64,000 nucleotides of DNA from an uncultured Gammaproteobacteria bacterium (GCA_963827755.1 CAWHCQ010000004.1:1-64000), one strand, 5' to 3'; positions 9,414-18,663 are shown, counted from the stretch's first letter. The notes: generated by a model not told the origin, from the letters alone. Translations and numbers: made by a program.

Positions 9414-10427
9414 TTGTTAAACGAACAAGAGATGGAGGTGTTGGAAATGATATCCAAGCGCGTGTTTCAACCTGGACTGCTCGTTCTCATAGCAGGAGTT
9501 TTCCTCCTGATGGCCCAGCCTGCTGCGGCGAAAAATGTGAAGATTACGCCACTCGGTAGTCACGATGGCGAATTCTGCGTGTTTGACCGGGCGATGGTTC
9601 TGGAAGATCCGGACGGCACGCGGCTTCTCTATGATGCAGGCCGCACGGTTGCCGGGGCGAGCGATCCCCGTCTCGGCAAGGTCGATGTGGTGCTGGTCAG
9701 TCATATGCACGGCGACCATGTCGGCGACCGCCATGTCAAACGCGTCAATGCCGGTGAGTGCGGCAAGCCCGAAATATCAGAACTCGACACACCGAATACC
9801 AACAGCGTCAACATCGCCCTGGCCACGAAGGCTGCGATCATTACCGGCAGCGAGATGCCGAAGTTCTTCGCGGCCAAACTCAAGTCGCTGGGTGGTGATC
9901 CGAAGGCCGCTCAGCTGGTGCGGTTCGGCGCATCACGCAAGGTCGCTGGTGTCACGATTGCCACGGTGCCGGCGGTGCACTCCAATGGCATTGCGGGTGC
10001 GATGATCGGCGGTGAACTTGGCGAAATGCTCGAAGCGGCGGGGCTCAGCGCTTCTGCCGGGCCGCCGACGGGCTATGTGCTCACATTTTCGAATGGCCTG
10101 GTTGTTTACCTGTCGGGCGACACGGGTATCACCGCGGAGCAGGACCTTGTGGTTCGCGGCCACTATGGTGCAAAGCTGGTGGTCATGAATATCGGTGATA
10201 CCTATACAACGGGTCCGAATGAAGCCGCCTATGTCGTTAATGAGCTGATCAGGCCCGCCGCGGTTATCCCGTCGCACGCCAATGAAGCGGCGACGCAGGG
10301 CGGCAAGGTCATCGCGGGCACGCGTACGGATACCTTTATCAAGGCAACGCGTGTTCCTGTCCATCTCCCGCTGAGCGGCCGCACGCTGGAATTCGACAGT
10401 CAGGGGCTGTGCGTCGCGGGTTGCTGA
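9414..10427 (+). CDS. Secreted MBL-fold metallohydrolase (start uncertain, possibly 9447)
   Basis: Signal peptide ending AQPAAA; SHMHGDH (HxHxDH), YLSGDTG, VIPSH. Confidence 0.85.
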   Translation: MLNEQEMEVLEMISKRVFQPGLLVLIAGVFLLMAQPAAAKNVKITPLGSHDGEFCVFDRAMVLEDPDGTRLLYDAGRTVAGASDPRLGKVDVVLVSHMHGDHVGDRHVKRVNAGECGKPEISELDTPNTNSVNIALATKAAIITGSEMPKFFAAKLKSLGGDPKAAQLVRFGASRKVAGVTIATVPAVHSNGIAGAMIGGELGEMLEAAGLSASAGPPTGYVLTFSNGLVVYLSGDTGITAEQDLVVRGHYGAKLVVMNIGDTYTTGPNEAAYVVNELIRPAAVIPSHANEAATQGGKVIAGTRTDTFIKATRVPVHLPLSGRTLEFDSQGLCVAGC

Positions 10428-10455
10428 AACGAATTATGGGTGACCCCTTCAAGGA

Positions 10456-12432
10456 TTATTCCAGGCGGTGTAATTCAACGCGCCGGTTCTTGCGCAAACC
10501 TTCTCTTGTCGAATTATCCGCAATGGGTCGTTGACCACCGTAGCCGGCCGCGCCGAGGTGATCCGCATTCACGCCTCTTGCAACCAGATAATCCCTGACG
10601 GTTTCCGCGCGTTTCAGAGATAACCATTTATTGTAGGCCGGGTTGCCCTGCGCGTCGGTGTGGCCGGCAACTTCCAGGCGAAGGCCGGGTTGCTGGACGA
10701 GGATGCCGGCGACACGGTTGAGAATGCCCCGCGCCTTATCGGTAAGTTGATGCGAGTTAAAGAGGAAGTTCACATCTTCCAGGTTGATCGCCACGCCGGC
10801 GGCACAACCGGTTGAATCCACGACAATGCCTCGCGGTGTCCCGAGGCACAGGTCACGGCTGTCGGCTACGCCGTCCGCATCCGCGTCCGTGGCTGCAATC
10901 TGCGGCGGAGCGACTGTAACAGTGCCCGCGACGAGTTCTTTGCTGGTTGGGGGCTTGACCTTGTCAGATCCAGGTGGGGCGACTGCCGGGGCCACGCTGA
11001 CCCTGGTGGTCGCCGGCCTTGTCCGGCCAAGCGCGTCTGCCTCTGACCGGGCTGTCGTCAGGGCGTCCCGGGCCCGGGTCCGCTCCCGGCTGCAAGCGGC
11101 CAGGTCTGCCTGCAGGTCATCGCGCTCGGCAGTCATGGCGGTAAGCGTCTGTTCTGTATCCTGCAGTATGGTCTTGTGGTTCATCAGCTGGTTCATGACC
11201 CTGTTCAGCCTGTTCTTGAACATCTGCGTCTGCACCCTGGTTTCGTTGAGAAGCTGGCCGGATCCGGTGGCCTCGGACCTGGCCTGCTCCAGGGTCTGCG
11301 TGACACTCTGCAGTTCAGCCTGCAGCGCGGCCAGCTGCTCGTCACGGCTGGCGAGATCGCTGCGCAGGCTGTCGCGCTCTGCAGTCAGGGGTTGCACATC
11401 TCGCAGCAGCGCGGTCTTCTGGCTTTCCAGTCGGGTTGTAAGTTCGCTCAGCTTGTTATTGAGCATTCCGGCCTGTGCCCGGGTTTCTTCGAGCAACTGC
11501 CTGGCCGTGGTGGCTTCGGACCTGGTCTGCTCCAGGGTCTGCGTGGCTGCTTGCAGTTCAGTCTGCAACGTGGCCAGCTGCTTGTCCCGGCCGGCAAGAT
11601 CGCTGTGTAGCCGATCGCGTTCTTCAGTCAACATCCGGTATTGCTGCTGATCGTTGCTGATTTGCCGGCGATTCTGTTCAAGTGTGGCGCTGGTGGTGTT
11701 CAGTTCCGTGGTCAGTTCAGTCACGTGCGCCTGCAAGGCCAGTTGCTCGCTGGTGATGTTCGCCAGCTTTTCATTGAGTGCGAGTTCTGCTTCAAAACGC
11801 TGCTGAAGTTTTTCCCTTGACTGCTCAAGCGCTGCATGTGTCTTGTCCAGTTCTGTACTTTTCGCGATCAATTGTTCCTGCGTTTGCTCAAGTTCGGCGC
11901 GGAGTGATTTATCACTGGTTGCCGGCGCAGCGGGAACGATTCGGGATTGTCCGCGCGGCGGTATCCGGGTGTAATTCCGCGGAGGTGCAGGCCACTGTAG
12001 CGCTTGTTGCCGGGGTTGTGCGTAGCCACCCCGGCCGGATGGTGGCGCATACGGGCCCGGCACAAAACCGGTCATGGGCGCAGGCGTTCGCATGGCCGGT
12101 GCGGCAGGCCTGTACTGTGACGCTTGTTGCCGGGGTTGAGCATAGCCACTCCGGCCAGTCTGCGGCGCATACGGGCCCGGCACAAAACCGGTCATGGGCG
12201 CAGGCGTTCGCATGGCCGGTGCGGCAGGCCTGTACTGTGCCGGATATTGCCAGGGTTGCGCGTATCCACCCCGGCCGGGCGGCGGATAACGGCCCGCTGC
12301 AGAACCGGTTACGGGCACAGGTGTTTGTCGGGCAGACCGGTCCGGCCATGCTTCATTCGACCATGCACTTTCGGCCGCGATAGCGATCAGCGCGGCTGTA
12401 ACCAGTGCGGCAATAGACGATAATTTTTTCAT
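10456..12432 (-). CDS. Secreted OmpA-C domain protein with Pro/Gly/Tyr repeats, long coiled coil and DxDxDG repeat
   Basis: Signal peptide; C-terminal VAGHTD, N..LS..RAETV..YL, GYG...P, NRRVE; DADADGVADSRDLC; heptad-rich central region; no beta-barrel. Confidence 0.85.
   Translation of the reverse strand: MKKLSSIAALVTAALIAIAAESAWSNEAWPDRSARQTPVPVTGSAAGRYPPPGRGGYAQPWQYPAQYRPAAPAMRTPAPMTGFVPGPYAPQTGRSGYAQPRQQASQYRPAAPAMRTPAPMTGFVPGPYAPPSGRGGYAQPRQQALQWPAPPRNYTRIPPRGQSRIVPAAPATSDKSLRAELEQTQEQLIAKSTELDKTHAALEQSREKLQQRFEAELALNEKLANITSEQLALQAHVTELTTELNTTSATLEQNRRQISNDQQQYRMLTEERDRLHSDLAGRDKQLATLQTELQAATQTLEQTRSEATTARQLLEETRAQAGMLNNKLSELTTRLESQKTALLRDVQPLTAERDSLRSDLASRDEQLAALQAELQSVTQTLEQARSEATGSGQLLNETRVQTQMFKNRLNRVMNQLMNHKTILQDTEQTLTAMTAERDDLQADLAACSRERTRARDALTTARSEADALGRTRPATTRVSVAPAVAPPGSDKVKPPTSKELVAGTVTVAPPQIAATDADADGVADSRDLCLGTPRGIVVDSTGCAAGVAINLEDVNFLFNSHQLTDKARGILNRVAGILVQQPGLRLEVAGHTDAQGNPAYNKWLSLKRAETVRDYLVARGVNADHLGAAGYGGQRPIADNSTREGLRKNRRVELHRLE
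12001..12290. repeat. 120-bp tandem repeat, about 2.4 copies, inside the OmpA-domain gene
   Basis: 12001-12120 and 12121-12240 nearly identical, partial third copy to ~12290; encodes 40-aa units. Confidence 0.92.
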
Positions 12433-12453
12433 GACATGCTCCAGGTCGAACTA

Positions 12454-13272
12454 TCAGAGTAAGTTTCTTTTATTCGATTTAGCCTGCTGAATACCCAGCC
12501 ACCCCGTCCACTCCCGGTACAGTCTTTCATCGACAGCTGCTACCGAGGAACGCGGCGTGAGCGAGTGGGTAAAGACCGGTTCACCGTCCAGCGTGCAGGC
12601 GAAGCCCCCGGCTTTCTGGAAAATGAATTCACCCGCTGCGTAGTCCCAGAGGTTCGAGCGGCCATGCAGGTAGACATGGCAACGACCTGCGGCCATCCAG
12701 CACCAGTCCAGCGCAACGGAGCCGAAGCTGCGTTGCGAGGCATACGGGATCTCCGTCGCCAGGCGGGTCGCCAACGGTGCATCGAGCCGCTTGAAATCGA
12801 TCAGTGCCGTGGTCTGTTTAAGTTCCAGTCCGCTTGAGGTGAGAGAAAGGGTTTCATTGTTGAGCACCGCACCCTGTGTGTCGCTTGCCGCGAAGAATTC
12901 GCCGCGCACCGGGTCATAGACCAGGCCGAGCGATACCGAACCGTTCTGCAGCAGTGCCAGTGAGATGCAAAAGTAGGGGATGCCGGTGGCAAAATTACGG
13001 GTACCGTCCAGCGGGTCGAGACACCAGACCGGTTGATCGGATGTCAGCATGGCCAGTTGTTCGTCCGCGGACATTTCCTCACCCAGGAATACTGTCTCCG
13101 GCCAGTGTTCCTGCAACTGCCTTGCCACGCACGTCTGTACGGCGAGGTCGGCCTCGGTAAGTACGCTGCCATCGGCCTTGTGTGCACGCGCTACTTGCGC
13201 AAACCGCGGCAGCAGTTCTTCGATACCCGCCGAAACGATGATCTCCTGCAGTTCTTTCAGGTCATATGGCAT
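12454..13272 (-). CDS. Inositol monophosphatase family protein
   Basis: TEAD, GEE, WCLDPLDGTRNF, RSFGSVALD, WDYAAG. Confidence 0.92.
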   Translation of the reverse strand: MPYDLKELQEIIVSAGIEELLPRFAQVARAHKADGSVLTEADLAVQTCVARQLQEHWPETVFLGEEMSADEQLAMLTSDQPVWCLDPLDGTRNFATGIPYFCISLALLQNGSVSLGLVYDPVRGEFFAASDTQGAVLNNETLSLTSSGLELKQTTALIDFKRLDAPLATRLATEIPYASQRSFGSVALDWCWMAAGRCHVYLHGRSNLWDYAAGEFIFQKAGGFACTLDGEPVFTHSLTPRSSVAAVDERLYREWTGWLGIQQAKSNKRNLL

Positions 13273-13384
13273 GCCTGATAATAATATCTGTAGCTCACGG
13301 AATACAAGCGGTCAGGGTGCTTAAAACATAATGATTCTCATAGGATTTCAGGAGCGGGGACAGGCCAGGTCTTCGGCTGGCCAG

Positions 13385-13437
13385 GGGGGCGGACTTGTTT
13401 GCTGTAAACCTGAAAAATAAATCTGTCCCCTTTTTTT
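13385..13437. repeat. Degenerate REP-like palindrome, family B (GGGGACAGATTTATTT type)
   Basis: GGGGGCGGACTTGTTT (13385-13400) pairs with AAATAAATCTGTCCCC (13415-13430), with three G.U pairs and one mismatch, followed by T7. Confidence 0.5.
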
Positions 13438-13484
13438 GTACAGGTAACATAGAATATAACTTGTACCTGCAGCAGGAGTTTTCG

Positions 13485-13826
13485 ATGAGTGAAGAAACAC
13501 CACCTTCACACAATGGTCCGGAAGACAGGCAACAGCCACCCATATCTGTGAAAGAAAACCTGAAAACACGTTCCACCTGGCTGCGACTGTTTTTTATGTT
13601 TGTGATGGTTTTGTTGTACTCGGTTTCAAGAGTGGTCGTTAGTGTGGTTGTTCTGTTGCAATTTTTCTGGGTACTGTTCACAGCAGAGACCAACAAGCCG
13701 CTTGAAAGATTTGGCCAGTCACTCGCAACCTACACCTACCAGATCATCCGTTACCTGACATTCAACACCGAGGCGCGGCCATTTCCTTTCGATCTCGACT
13801 GGCCGATCGGGCCACCAGGGTACTGA
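13485..13826 (+). CDS. DUF4389 family membrane protein
   Basis: STWLRLFFM, QF..LFT...N..L..FG.SL..Y......YLTFNTE.RPFPF..WP; AGGAG upstream of ATG 13485. Confidence 0.85.
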   Translation: MSEETPPSHNGPEDRQQPPISVKENLKTRSTWLRLFFMFVMVLLYSVSRVVVSVVVLLQFFWVLFTAETNKPLERFGQSLATYTYQIIRYLTFNTEARPFPFDLDWPIGPPGY

Positions 13827-13853
13827 CACCCTTATAATCGAGGAGGCAAGCCT

Positions 13854-15056
13854 ATGTCGGCACCGGCAAGTGTCACGCGCTACGAACCCGGGGTGGTCAT
13901 CCCTGCATTGCTTGGCGTCACGGCCCTGGCATTATTCATCAATTATGATGTTTCCAACCGCCAGGCACTGCTGCTGCTGATCGGCAGCGGTCTGGGTTTC
14001 AGCCTGTTCCACGCCGCCTTCGGATTTGCCGGCGGCTGGCGGCAGTTTATACGTGAGCGGCGCAGTGCGGCGATCCGCGCCCAGCTGCTGCTGGCAGCCC
14101 TGATATCGCTGGCCTTTTTTCCGTTGCTGGCGGGCACGGTACCCGGGTTGTCCCTGCACGGCGCCTACGCCCCGGTGGGGATATCTGTTCTGGCAGGCGC
14201 TTTTCTGTTCGGCATCGGTATGCAGCTTGGGGGCGGCTGCGGTTCCGGCACCCTGTACACCGTTGGTGGCGGGCATATAAAGATGCTGGTTACACTGGTC
14301 TTTTTTATTGCCGGCTCGGTCATCGGCTCGATCCATTTGCCCTGGTGGACACAGCTGCCCTCCCTGGGTAAGGTTTCCTTGCTTGATACCTTCAGCTGGC
14401 CCCTGGCGCTCAGCCTGCAATTGCTGGTACTGGCGACCCTCTATCTATTGGTCACCCGCGTCGAACGGCGGCGCTATGGCAGCCGTGAAACTCTGACCCG
14501 GTGCCGGGGGCAGTACTCCCTGTTACAGCGACTGGTGTCCGGGCCGTGGCCGGTATTGTGGGGCGCAGTGGGACTGGCACTGCTCAGCCTGGCAACGCTG
14601 CTGGTCGCAGGGCATCCCTGGTCGATCACATTCGCCTTCGGTCTCTGGGGTACCAAGCTGTGGGCCGCGCTGGGCGGCGACATCAGCAGCTGGAGCTACT
14701 GGAGCCATGGCTATGCCGCAACCGCACTCGGGCGCAGTGTACTTGCCGACGCCACGTCGATCATGGACATCGGCATCATCCTGGGTGCCATCCTGGCGGC
14801 CGGCCTGGCCGGCCGTTTTGCGCCCGTCGACTCGATCAGGCTGCGTGATATTCTCACTGCCGTTGCCGGGGGGCTGTTACTGGGTTACGGCGCACGCCTG
14901 GCCTTCGGCTGCAATATCGGTGGTCTGCTTGCCGGCCTGGGATCCGGCAGCCTGCATGGCTGGCTATGGCTCGCCAGCGGTTTCATCGGCAGCATCATCG
15001 GGGTTCACCTCAGACAGCGCTTCGGCGTTGATAAAGCGGTAAAGCAAGTCACATGA
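13854..15056 (+). CDS. yeeE: YeeE/YedE family sulfur-compound transporter (copy 1)
   Basis: Polytopic membrane protein; FGIGMQLGGGCGSG and GYGARLAFGCNIG motifs; first-Cys position reads FGFAG. Confidence 0.9.
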   Translation: MSAPASVTRYEPGVVIPALLGVTALALFINYDVSNRQALLLLIGSGLGFSLFHAAFGFAGGWRQFIRERRSAAIRAQLLLAALISLAFFPLLAGTVPGLSLHGAYAPVGISVLAGAFLFGIGMQLGGGCGSGTLYTVGGGHIKMLVTLVFFIAGSVIGSIHLPWWTQLPSLGKVSLLDTFSWPLALSLQLLVLATLYLLVTRVERRRYGSRETLTRCRGQYSLLQRLVSGPWPVLWGAVGLALLSLATLLVAGHPWSITFAFGLWGTKLWAALGGDISSWSYWSHGYAATALGRSVLADATSIMDIGIILGAILAAGLAGRFAPVDSIRLRDILTAVAGGLLLGYGARLAFGCNIGGLLAGLGSGSLHGWLWLASGFIGSIIGVHLRQRFGVDKAVKQVT

Positions 15057-15340
15057 AAGACATTCGAAACAGAAATCGCTGGATTATGGGAGCCTTTGTG
15101 GGCACCGCCGCGATAGCCGTGGCCATTGACCACACCCGCCATCGGCTGCCGGCACCGGCGCAGCCTGATGAACAGTCCCGGAGCCAGACCGACGTTGTCG
15201 TTATCGACGAAGACGACGATTACGACGAATATGACGAATCCCCCTGCGGCCTGGACGACTCACCCTGCTCGATGGATGACAGCCCGTGTTCGCTGGACGA
15301 AATGGACGATACCGAGGACGAGTCACCATGCAGCCTGTAG
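15053..15340 (+). CDS. Small membrane-anchored acidic protein with four SPC heptad repeats
   Basis: ATGA overlap with yeeE; basic N-terminus plus hydrophobic helix; DESPCGL/DDSPCSM/DDSPCSL/DEMDDTE/DESPCSL; synonymous codon variation between repeats. Confidence 0.8.
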   Translation: MKDIRNRNRWIMGAFVGTAAIAVAIDHTRHRLPAPAQPDEQSRSQTDVVVIDEDDDYDEYDESPCGLDDSPCSMDDSPCSLDEMDDTEDESPCSL

Positions 15341-15342
15341 CG

Positions 15343-15975
15343 ATGCATTGCCACCTCGAATGCCCGCCGGCGGCGCTGTTGTTCGAGTGCATTCAGGAAA
15401 TGGGCGCACACCGCAGCAACCCGGTACTTGAACTACTGCGGGACATACCGGTTTTTGAACAGGGTAGCAAATACCCGCAACCTGCACTGGCATTCGGGGA
15501 TGAAGGCTGGCGTAGCTATTATCACAGTCATTCCACCGCTGACGCCGACGTCAGGGAACATGGCCATTTTCACCTGTTTACCCGCACAGGACAGGACTGG
15601 GCGCACCTGGCCGCACTGGCAATGGATCTGGAAGGACAGCCGTTGCGCTGGGTTATGACCAATCGCTGGGTTACGGGTGGCAGCGACTGGCACGACCGTA
15701 ACAGCCTGCTGGCGGCCGTTGATGCACTTATCCCCTCGAAAGAACCGGATGTCCTGCGCCAGTGGCTGGCGTGTCTGTTAAAACTTTATCAGCCTGAGTT
15801 GGGCGACTTGCTCGACGCACGCGATGCGCAGGTTGCCTGCCTTCTCCAGGGGCGCTGCAAAGAAGAAGTTCTCGACGATCGTACCCTGTATGAACTGGCC
15901 AGCATGCCGATCGACCTGACTGCAAAACTGGCTTCACAGCTGACAGGGGAAAACTCATATGACAGCTGGTTGTAA
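15343..15975 (+). CDS. His-motif hypothetical protein (DUF6969-like)
   Basis: YYHSH, EHGHFHLF, HLAALAMD..G.P, TNRWVTG; ATG 2 bp after the upstream stop; family name recalled, not verified. Confidence 0.7.
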   Translation: MHCHLECPPAALLFECIQEMGAHRSNPVLELLRDIPVFEQGSKYPQPALAFGDEGWRSYYHSHSTADADVREHGHFHLFTRTGQDWAHLAALAMDLEGQPLRWVMTNRWVTGGSDWHDRNSLLAAVDALIPSKEPDVLRQWLACLLKLYQPELGDLLDARDAQVACLLQGRCKEEVLDDRTLYELASMPIDLTAKLASQLTGENSYDSWL

Positions 15976-16003
15976 CACGGCCCGGCATGTCTGCCGGGCC
16001 GTG
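15976..16003. terminator. Hairpin between convergent genes
   Basis: 12-bp perfect stem CACGGCCCGGCA/TGCCGGGCCGTG, 4-nt loop; weak U-tract. Confidence 0.55.
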
Positions 16004-16014
16004 AATACACCTGC

Positions 16015-17214
16015 TCAGTAAGCCGGCGCGTCGGCTTCGTAGGACATGCCCAGTTTTCCGGCCTGTTCGCGCACGGCACGGTAGATCTTGTCATCCAGGG
16101 AGTCCGTGGCGCCACCGGCTTCTTCCACTTTCTTGCCGAGGTAATCCGCGCGTTCTTTTGTCAGTTCACTGATCTGGCGCTTCAGTTCGTTGCGGCGCTC
16201 GGCGGTCTCGCTGATGACTTTCGCCTGTTCTTCCGGTGCCATGGCCTGCATGGGTTCCGGTAACTTGTCCTTGTCGATGCTGGAAAGATCGACGCGTCCG
16301 CTGGTTACTTCGTCCACCAGTTCACCCTCACCGAGGAAGTTGGCGCTGCCGCTTTTCGAGGCATTGAACGTCGCCCGTCTTGCCCGGGACTCGACCGATG
16401 AGGCCGCATGCAGTTTGTCGGATGCTGCCAGCTTGCGGCGCTGTTTTTCCTTCTCTTCCCTTGTTCCGTAGTAAAGGCGTGTGTCATCCATCTTTGCAGA
16501 CAGCCTTGCGATTTTCTCGTCAAAGGGAGTGGTGATCGCGACGGCGTTGCCGGCCTGTTCCACCTGGAAGTATTCGCCGGCACCCAGTTTGGCAATCTGC
16601 TGCCAGGCGGGGGTGGTGCTGCCCATCTGGCCGGCCTGGATTGCATTGACCACGATGCCTTTCTCTTTTGCCACCCTGAGGGTAACCGGGTATTTGACGT
16701 CGTTCGGGTAATCCATGTGCGGCGGGGCGTCACCGACCAGGAACACGACCTTGTAGGTCCCGTTCTGCTGGTTCCAGTCCATCTTGTGGACGGCATCATG
16801 CAGCGCCTGGTTGACGCTTTCCGGTCCGTCGCCGCCGCCGCTGGCCTGAAAATCCATTAATCTTGCGTAGATGGAATCCAGGTCACTGGACAGGTCCACC
16901 ACTTGAGTGACATAGGCATCACCCCTGTCGCGGTAGGCGACCAGCCCCATCCTGATTTCGGGCGCGGATTGCGCCGAAGCCAGGGTGGTGGCGATGGACC
17001 AGATCTTTTCCCTGGCGGCCTGGATCAGGCCCCCCATGCTGCCGGTGGTGTCCAGTACGAACACCACGTCGATGCGCGACCGCTCGTTGGTCAACGGGTC
17101 GACATAGGGCGGGTCGGCAGGGGTGATACCCCCGACGCTGTGGTAGGCCGGCAGGAAGGCAACCGTGGCCGTGGTAGCGGCAAATAATGCCAGTGCGATG
17201 AGTTTTGATTTCAT
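16015..17214 (-). CDS. Secreted VWA domain protein
   Basis: Signal-like N-terminus; VVFVLDTTGSM (MIDAS), MGLVAYRD, GGGDGPE, FLVGDAPPH. Confidence 0.88.
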   Translation of the reverse strand: MKSKLIALALFAATTATVAFLPAYHSVGGITPADPPYVDPLTNERSRIDVVFVLDTTGSMGGLIQAAREKIWSIATTLASAQSAPEIRMGLVAYRDRGDAYVTQVVDLSSDLDSIYARLMDFQASGGGDGPESVNQALHDAVHKMDWNQQNGTYKVVFLVGDAPPHMDYPNDVKYPVTLRVAKEKGIVVNAIQAGQMGSTTPAWQQIAKLGAGEYFQVEQAGNAVAITTPFDEKIARLSAKMDDTRLYYGTREEKEKQRRKLAASDKLHAASSVESRARRATFNASKSGSANFLGEGELVDEVTSGRVDLSSIDKDKLPEPMQAMAPEEQAKVISETAERRNELKRQISELTKERADYLGKKVEEAGGATDSLDDKIYRAVREQAGKLGMSYEADAPAY

Positions 17215-17234
17215 GTGCGTGTCTCCTTGCAAGT

Positions 17235-17804
17235 TCAATGATTGGACGAGAGTTTGCGCACCGCGGTTTCTGCAACGCGGTAGGCGTGATGAAAGCGGTC
17301 TTCGCGATCAACACTTTCCCGGGCAGCATCAGGCTTTTGCCTGATGCTTTTCGGAATGATGACAAACAGCGCCTGCACCAGGAAAAAACACCAGATGCCG
17401 AGAAACACGCTGCCCGTTTGCGTAAGTGCCCAGATGCCTGCTGCCAGGCCAAGGCCGTTCAGTCCCATGTCGGCGAGTGCGGACAGCGCGCTGGAATAGA
17501 AGTAGAGCGAGCGGATCAGCCAGATCACACCCAGATGGATGCACACGTAGAGCAGCAGGGGAGGTTGCATGAACCAGAGCACGCCCGCGACCAGTAACCA
17601 GGCCGCGGCCGCCGTGACCCGGCCAACACGCTCGGGGCTGCGGCCCAGCAGGTAGACGACATAGGCGAGGCCGATGGCGGCGATCAACAGGCGCAATACC
17701 GGGAAGCCGGGAAACGCCGTGTCCATGGCGGTGTACAACACGCCACCGGCCAGGCTGATAGCAATGGCGACGCTGACGCCTTCAAGGAATGTGGGCTGTT
17801 TCAT
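17235..17804 (-). CDS. Hypothetical multi-pass membrane protein
   Basis: About 6 hydrophobic segments; overlaps the pspA-like stop; C-terminal DRF..A...AE.A.R.L. Confidence 0.75.
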   Translation of the reverse strand: MKQPTFLEGVSVAIAISLAGGVLYTAMDTAFPGFPVLRLLIAAIGLAYVVYLLGRSPERVGRVTAAAAWLLVAGVLWFMQPPLLLYVCIHLGVIWLIRSLYFYSSALSALADMGLNGLGLAAGIWALTQTGSVFLGIWCFFLVQALFVIIPKSIRQKPDAARESVDREDRFHHAYRVAETAVRKLSSNH

Positions 17805-18337
17805 GACCCGCTCCTCTGCTGTTTTTCGCGAAGAAAGGCCACTTCCACCTCCTCATCGCGGACGCTGATATTCGGGATGCTCCAGTTGTCGGCGGGTTGG
17901 GCGCGAGTGTTTTCCCCGGCCAGCAGTTCGGCCTTCTGCCGCATGCTTTCCAGGCGTGACTGGTTCTCTTTCAGTCGTATGTTGAGGTCATCAAGCGTTT
18001 CTGCGAGCGCGCTGCGTTTGCGGCTAAGATTTTTGCCAAAGCGTTGCGTCTCCAGCCTGCGCTTGATACAGCTGCGCGCCAGCTCGTCATTGCCGGATGC
18101 AAAACAGGTGTCAAGTTCCTCTTCAATATCATGCAGTGACTGTTCAAGGTCGGATTCGCGGGTAGTGAGCTGTCGCAGTTCGTGGTGCAACAGTTTGTGG
18201 CGCTGCTCGTCGCGGGCCAGATCCTCTTCCATCTCCCGGACCGCCTGGCGGAGCAGCACCCCGGGTTCCTCGATGCGGTCGAGCACGGCATGGAAATCGG
18301 CCTGGAACAGTCGCGAGACGCGTGTGATAAGTGCCAT
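17801..18337 (-). CDS. pspA: PspA/IM30 family protein
   Basis: MALITRVSRLFQADFHAVLDRIEEP..LL.Q..REME, G..ELAR, coiled coil; GGAGG upstream. Confidence 0.85.
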   Translation of the reverse strand: MALITRVSRLFQADFHAVLDRIEEPGVLLRQAVREMEEDLARDEQRHKLLHHELRQLTTRESDLEQSLHDIEEELDTCFASGNDELARSCIKRRLETQRFGKNLSRKRSALAETLDDLNIRLKENQSRLESMRQKAELLAGENTRAQPADNWSIPNISVRDEEVEVAFLREKQQRSGS

Positions 18338-18435
18338 GATTGTTACCTCCTGCAGGTTTCTCTGAATGTGCATCCAGTCTGGATGAACGGGCGGCGGGCT
18401 TGTAGACAGGCTTTGGTAAAACCTGTGGCCGGGGT

Positions 18436-18452
18436 TTTACAAAAGATTTACA
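18436..18452. promoter_or_regulatory. Candidate OmpR-family tandem operator
   Basis: TTTACA-N5-TTTACA (11-bp period) between the pspA operon and the divergent OmpR-type regulator. Confidence 0.4.
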
Positions 18453-18663
18453 TGCCGGGAGGAGGGCGAACTGGTAGGCTCTGATAGAGTTATGTCTGAA
18501 GGGGAAAGCAGTGTGAGACCTCATGTCTTGCGTATAAAACAGTATGTATAAATATTTTTACTCATCATGTTACGGACAACGCAGTAATCTTTTACTGAAT
18601 ATCAGTGGTAGATACTGATTAATCATTGGCTGCCAAACATGGGCCGGCCGGGACAACAAACGC

